Below, one piece after another: positions 60,201 through 64,000 of a DNA stretch of 64,000 nt. The notes beneath the pieces are model-generated. The model did not search any database. It saw nothing but the letters and a program-made list of their open reading frames with translations, and was not told the DNA's origin. The position numbers and the translations under genes are program-made. Each line of letters starts with the position of its first letter. The stretch's first letter is position 1. This DNA is from Eukaryota sp. GEM-RC1. Lineage: Eukaryota. Where the stretch lies: NCBI GenBank assembly GCA_040285855.1, contig JAUFOQ010000016.1:2728001-2792000 (forward strand). Reading direction: 5' to 3'.

Positions 60201-63200
60201 TTCTCAGGATTGAAGTAGCGTGGTTTCCTTTTGACGACAGTTGACTCGTCGTGGAAGGGTATTTCCATTGGGGGACAATCTATTCCATCGGGATGAGGAG
60301 TCGACTGGAATATGATCCTGAATTCTTCTAAGAGGGATGTGAGCTCTTCCTCTAGAAGTTGATTGTCTAATTCGATTGTGCAACCGGATTCAACTGGGTT
60401 GAATGATGTGGAATGATCGGTGTGTCTGGACCTCACTGGTGAGTGTGTGCTTATTAGGTGATCGAATTCCGATTCATCTTTCAAGATGGTGTTATGTTCT
60501 TTTCTAGTCTAATGACTAGGCTGACCTCTGTCAACAGCCCTAATTTGTTTAATAAATCGATTCCGATGAGCATTGTTTTATTACCGGTAACAATAGGGAA
60601 GGAGTGATCTATATAAACTAGGTTAGCTGCGCTATTGAGCTGGAACGCAAGAACACCTTTGGCTGTGCCTAAGGACGATGTACGGGTGCCATTTGCAGTG
60701 ATGTAGGGGATTGTTTCCTGTGAGGTGTTCATCTTGCAGAGATCGACTAAGTCTTGAGTGATGACGGAGACTTGTGCGCCTGAATCTATGGTTCCGGATA
60801 TTGAAACATCGTTAACAGACATGTTCAGGGCCATGAATTTGTCTTGGTTGTTGCGAGTTATACTCATAATCCTGGGTGTATCGTTGAGGATTTCGCTGAT
60901 AGGATTGTTGAGTGTGTGTGAGGTGTAAGAGCTTGGTGTCGAGGTTGTCGACAAAAATTCAAATAATTATCATTTTTATTACGCTTTAAATCTACATTAC
61001 CACTACCGGATCTGCGTTTTCTTTCTTCAAACTTACCAGCGTTTAAAGAGGATACTCTGCAGTTGGGATCGGGGCACATTTCGACTGTATGGCCAGGCTC
61101 TTTGCAGTACTTACATACTGATTCAGATCCTGTGTCTCTGTGCTTGGGCTTTTGGCGATTCTTACCGGGACCTCTGGGACCTTTGAATTGTCCACGTTTA
61201 TGAGATTTTTTTCGGGGTTCCTATTTCTAACGTCTGAGTCACTGTCAGAGTCGAAGGAGGGACGGAAGTTCTTCAACTTGTTGTATCGAGGGACACTCGA
61301 GTTATGGAGATAGGGGGCACCTGACTCAGTGATTGGGGGAGTGGATGGACGAATAGTGTCCAGGAATCTAGCATCTGAGATATATTGGGGTCTGACATTC
61401 TGACGCTGGATGTTCTGGCTGCACCAGTTCAAGTACCGGTCTTTCAGGTCCTTGAACACCTCGACTGTGCTGAGTTGAGCAAAGGAGGCTTTATCTTTGA
61501 AGAAGATCTTCGTGTCTGATCGGATGATTGGAATACCGATGTTGTGGGCAAAGTATTTTAGAACGTCCCGGGCTTCGAAACAGTACAACTGAGTGGTGTT
61601 CAGTTCAATCATGGTGGACCTGTTTGCCACGATTGTGAAGTGGCGAAGGAAGTCATCCCAACGCTCTTTGTTGGAGCTCCATGACTTGTCCCAGTCCATG
61701 CGGCATTCGACAAGGGCGTTGTCTGCAATCTGGGGGATTCAAATTGGGAGCTGAGGATTATTCGTTCCCAGATTGCCCAGTTGCATAAGAAGTTGGCGAT
61801 GGTGCCATCAGATTTCCACGAGCTCAGGATGTGAGGGTCGACATGGAGTTGAATTCCTCTAATGTCGACGTTTAGCAGAAGGTCTCTGGCTAAATCGAGG
61901 CCATGACGGGGTTCGCCATAAGTGGTCTTGTTGATGGATAGTACATCCTCGAAAGGAGTGAACAGTTCATCTGCTGTGGTGGGTTCGGCAAGTTGTCTCC
62001 AGGCCAGTACTTGGTTTTCGAGTTCGAGCAGATGTTGGGATATATCGATGCTCTTACCTCGGGCTCTGGAATACCGGCACCACTCTAGAGCGAAATTCAG
62101 GCAAGAAAACTGGTCGGTTTTCTGCAAGTAAGGCAGTTTGAGCTTGGATTCTCGGCGGGTTTCGTTTTCGAGTTCAGCGAACTTTGCGTTTTCAGGGGTA
62201 GCTACGCCAGTGGCTGCATCCATGAAGGAACTGGGGAATCAGCTCCGAACTCAAACTTGGTATTGGTAAAAGCAGTAGGTACTGTTATACCAGGGAGTTT
62301 GCTCGTATCACTGGGCAAAGTGAAGATTGAGCCACCTTTGGGTTTGGTGGAGTTGGATATTACCTTAGGGGTCGCCATAGGTGAATCTAAAGCCTTAGGT
62401 TGAGGGGTACTCAACTGCTTCATGACCGTTAACATCTCCATTCTGAGATCATTGTTCTCTTTCAGGAGTTGTTCCACGAGGGGATTGGAATTCCCTGTGT
62501 CTTGAATTGGGATAGGAAGGGAATCGCTGCTGGGTGAAATGTCGTCTTTTGGGGGGGGTCTTGTCTGGAGATGATACATGGAGGGACTGAGAGACAAGTC
62601 ATCCTCTGAAGCTGACTTATTCTGTTCAGCCTGTTCTTTCCCAAGACGTATGAGTTCGGCGTTGATGTCACCATATCTTTCAATCAACAGCTTCGTGTGG
62701 AGTTCACGATTTTCATAGAGTTCTTTAGGGTTTAAAGCTATCCCTGTTCGATTGAAGTTCTTGTCGTTTACATAACTCTTCTTGTTGGGATCAGGGGTTC
62801 TGGTATCATCTGGGTCAGATGTTTTTATCCCATTTGGAAGATACGTTACTTTGAGCTTGCTCTTCTTAGAAGAAGTCTTCTTCGAAGGGACACTCTTAGT
62901 TTTACGAACAGGAGGGACACTCTTGGGTTTACGAACAGGAGGGACACTCTTGTCGTTGAGTTTGGGAGATTTACGAACAGGAGGGACACTCTTGTCGTTG
63001 AGTCTCGAAGATTTACGAGCAAGAGGGACGCTCTTGTCGTCAGGACTGAGAAGGACATTCTCATCCTGTTTATCCTCGGAGAGAGGAAGGGTTGATGGTT
63101 TACTTTCTTTTCAGAAGGGGTACCTCCTTCCCAAGAGAAGTCTTCAGCATATTGATGCTGGGATGGGATCCTGGATCTGAGGTGAGTTCCACGTCGGCGT

Positions 63201-63302
63201 TTTCAGCCAATACGTATTGATGCTGTATGGAGTTAGTGGACATACAATGAATGAAATTAAGTTGGTTTATAATCTATGATTCTCATACTATGATAATCTA
63301 CA
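57272..63302 (-). mobile_element. Family A full-length copy A7 (5' LTR 63215-63302)
   Basis: IN 57309-59144, RT-RH 59141-60484, PR and gag broken by homopolymer indels. Confidence 0.94.
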
Positions 63303-64000
63303 CTACTTCTTCTCCTTCTTCGAACCAGTTCTTCTTCGAGTTCTCTTGGCTATGGGAGTCTTGTTAGGATTAGCTTTTGAGGATGATCTCTTTCTCTGGT
63401 CTATGCAAGGATTATTATTATTTTTCTTAAACGCCATAAATGCCTTAGTGTTTTTAATACTTGAAGTAGCAACTGCAGTGATATCTCCTCCATACCATAA
63501 TACAGAACACATTGGACCTTCAGGTGAGTCGAATTGATCTAACACTTCAGTGATGACATGTTCTTCCTTATCACCAGCTGCAACTTGTTGGTGGATGCCA
63601 TGATCTGATGGAAGGTCAGAATGGTAGAGTTTGCATTGATGTACACTAGCTTGGGATTCAATGCCAGATACAAGGTTCTTGATTTTCAAGGATGATGATG
63701 AAAGGAGCTCGATGACCAGGAATGGGCCAGAGTGTTTGCCATGATGCTTTGTAGCAGTCTTAGAGGATCTGAGGATCAGATCGCCAATTTCAAATGGATT
63801 TGATTTATTGGACTTAGGGGGTCTCTTTGACGATTGATTGCTACTTGCTGATTCTTGCCTTTCCCGGATTCTCTCGTTTTTCTTTGAAGGTCTTCGATAA
63901 AAGGGATACTTAAATTGGAAGCTTCTAGGGCTCTGAGTATGATACTAGGATCTGCCTTAGGCCCAAAAGAGGACCCAAACATTAGTTCATAAGGGATGTG
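63215..64000 (-). mobile_element. Family A copy A8, LTR plus integrase C-terminus, runs off window end
   Basis: Matches 48525-49310, including the same frameshift. Confidence 0.93.

Noticed and set aside
41040..63200. Many copy-specific frameshifts as programmed recoding or real decay
   Set aside because: Nearly all are 1-nt changes in G, T or A runs and vary between copies, consistent with homopolymer sequencing errors; they cannot be judged without reads.

Overview
Eukaryotic, repeat-dense window made almost entirely of transposable elements; no host gene is recognisable. About 75% is a head-to-tail array of one Ty3/Gypsy (chromovirus-like) LTR retrotransposon, family A, on the minus strand. 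The unit is about 6.0 kb (gag with CCHC knuckle, PR, RT, RNase H, IN, chromodomain-like tail), and neighbouring copies share a single 88-bp LTR. The pol stop codon abuts the LTR and the gag ATG lies inside it. A related, more degraded family B (plus strand) is interleaved four times, three of them via the same A/B junction. All A copies carry the same RNase H frameshift, and shared variants define higher-order duplications, so the array most likely grew by DNA-level duplication. Positions 18307-22240 hold remnants of MULE, RLE-type non-LTR and hAT elements. A 2690-bp hAT transposon (19-bp TIRs, 8-bp TSD) sits in one LTR. Its transposase is interrupted by an unusual 205-bp structured cassette, target - X - inverted target - Y - target, built from 11-bp modules; this is the least explained object in the window. 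Many copy-specific indels fall in homopolymers and may be sequencing errors.
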